The translations under genes were made by a program, and so were the position numbers. Positions 63,113 to 64,000 of a DNA stretch of 64,000 bases are shown here, one piece after another. How positions within the stretch are numbered: position 1 is the first letter of the stretch; each line of letters starts with the position of its first letter. Source of the stretch: a virus; the IMG/VR virus record IMGVR_UViG_3300009509_000006, positions 34,059 to 98,058 of that record, one strand, 5' to 3'. The notes under the pieces were generated by a model. That model was not told the DNA's origin and searched no databases. It saw only the letters and a list, made by a program, of their open reading frames with translations.

Positions 63113-64000
63113 GCCAAGCCGATCGCCTCAAGCTTCGGCTTCGCCGCCGCATAGTCCTTCTTGAGATCCTTCGGCATGCTACGCCCCATGAGGTGCGGCT
63201 TCTCACGCAGCTTGTCTTTCCACGCGCGATACGCCTCGAGCGTCGGCTGCACCGACAGCCATACCTGGCCGTCATTGACCAAGGTCTCGTGGAACGTGTG
63301 CAGCGCACTCAGGCTCGGATAGGCGCCCTTGCGCTTCCACCGATCGCGCAGGGGCTCCCAGTTCCTGATCAGGAAGCTCGCCGCTACTTGCACAGCCTCG
63401 AGACCGTAGTTGTCAACGAGCCAAGTGATCTGCCCCCTTGCCGCCTTGCTCAAGGCCCCGGGCGTGGCGTCCGGGTAGATCTCCTTTAGCTCCGCCGTCC
63501 AGTGCTTGTGCAGCGCCGTGACCTGCTTCGGGATGGGCTTGCCCTTGAACACCTCCGCCTTCATCGAGCGGCTGTCGGAATCGCTGCGAAGCCTCTGCGC
63601 CGCTTCCCTCTGCGTCGCCCTCAAACGCTCCCTCGCCTCCCGTTGAACACGAGCGTCCAGCTGTGAGAGTAGCTCTCCCTTTGTGGGAGATGTAGTTGCG
63701 GCGAAATTCTCTTCTTGCTCCAGTGCCCTCAGCGAAGCTGTCTGGGGTGCTCCAGCGAGCGGAGCGAGATGGTGCTCCAGGGGGTTAGAATTGCGCTCGC
63801 TCGGAAGACCCCGAGCTCCCCGGAGCGAGGGCAAAGCCCCTGGGGCACAAGCCCCGGGGGAGTCTTCTATTTCTCTTCTCTCTATTTCTTTCTCTCTATT
63901 TGATCTCTCTATTCTGGGGGACTCTGTGTCCCACCCCCTGCGTCCTGGTGTCCCACCCCCTGCGTCCTGGTGTCCCACCCCCTGCGTCCTGGTGTCCCAC
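63109..64000 (-). CDS. Putative replication initiator (partial, 5' end outside window)
   Basis: Frame is open to the right edge; lies upstream of the DnaC/DnaB genes; contains iterons and a low-complexity linker, as in lambda O-type initiators. Confidence 0.65.
   Translation of the reverse strand, partial: WDTRTQGVGHQDAGGGTPGRRGWDTESPRIERSNREKEIERREIEDSPGACAPGALPSLRGARGLPSERNSNPLEHHLAPLAGAPQTASLRALEQEENFAATTSPTKGELLSQLDARVQREARERLRATQREAAQRLRSDSDSRSMKAEVFKGKPIPKQVTALHKHWTAELKEIYPDATPGALSKAARGQITWLVDNYGLEAVQVAASFLIRNWEPLRDRWKRKGAYPSLSALHTFHETLVNDGQVWLSVQPTLEAYRAWKDKLREKPHLMGRSMPKDLKKDYAAAKPKLEAIGLA
63926..64000. repeat. 22-bp perfect tandem repeats (at least 3.4 copies), putative origin iterons
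   Basis: GTGTCCCACCCCCTGCGTCCTG at 63926, 63948 and 63970, with a partial copy at 63992; adjacent AT/pyrimidine-rich tract at 63862-63915. Confidence 0.85.

Noticed and set aside
63926-64000. 22-bp repeats as a CRISPR array
   Set aside because: The repeats are directly adjacent with no spacers.
1-64000. tRNAs, integrase or stop-codon recoding
   Set aside because: None was recognised by eye, and genes end at all three stop codons with normal lengths. A tRNAscan/Infernal run would be needed to exclude RNA genes.

Overview
The window is a GC-rich fragment of a large tailed dsDNA phage (myovirus). Almost all genes are on the minus strand and tightly packed, with many TGATG/ATGA overlaps. In the direction of transcription (right to left) it holds: (1) a replication module with a partial initiator containing 22-bp iterons, a DnaC-like loader, DnaB, prim-pol, SSB and an SF2 helicase; (2) a recombination module with RecA, a PD-(D/E)XK nuclease, a Cas4-like exonuclease and RuvC; (3) a ParB-like + GT-B glycosyltransferase + RmlC + RmlD + NAD-epimerase cluster, a candidate for DNA or virion glycosylation; (4) a ~2120-aa protein with two HipA/PI3K-like kinase domains and a possible ART-like C-terminus, coupled to a small acidic partner; (5) family A DNA polymerase; (6) a T4-like head module (terminase, portal, core proteins, protease-scaffold, gp23 capsid, neck proteins); and (7) an eCIS/Afp-like contractile tail module. 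The most notable candidate system is a capsid-packaged effector payload. Three genes right after the capsid gene share one N-terminal leader (MR[DR][LF]I[TEQ]EGxxLL[ED]), and one of them is a zincin carrying an inserted sigma-54 RpoN-box DNA-binding domain. Also notable are an unannotated 58-aa gene that copies the capsid N-terminus and two candidate -1 frameshifts, one in the tail chaperone and one in a head core gene. All family assignments come from motif recognition by eye; no database searches were run.
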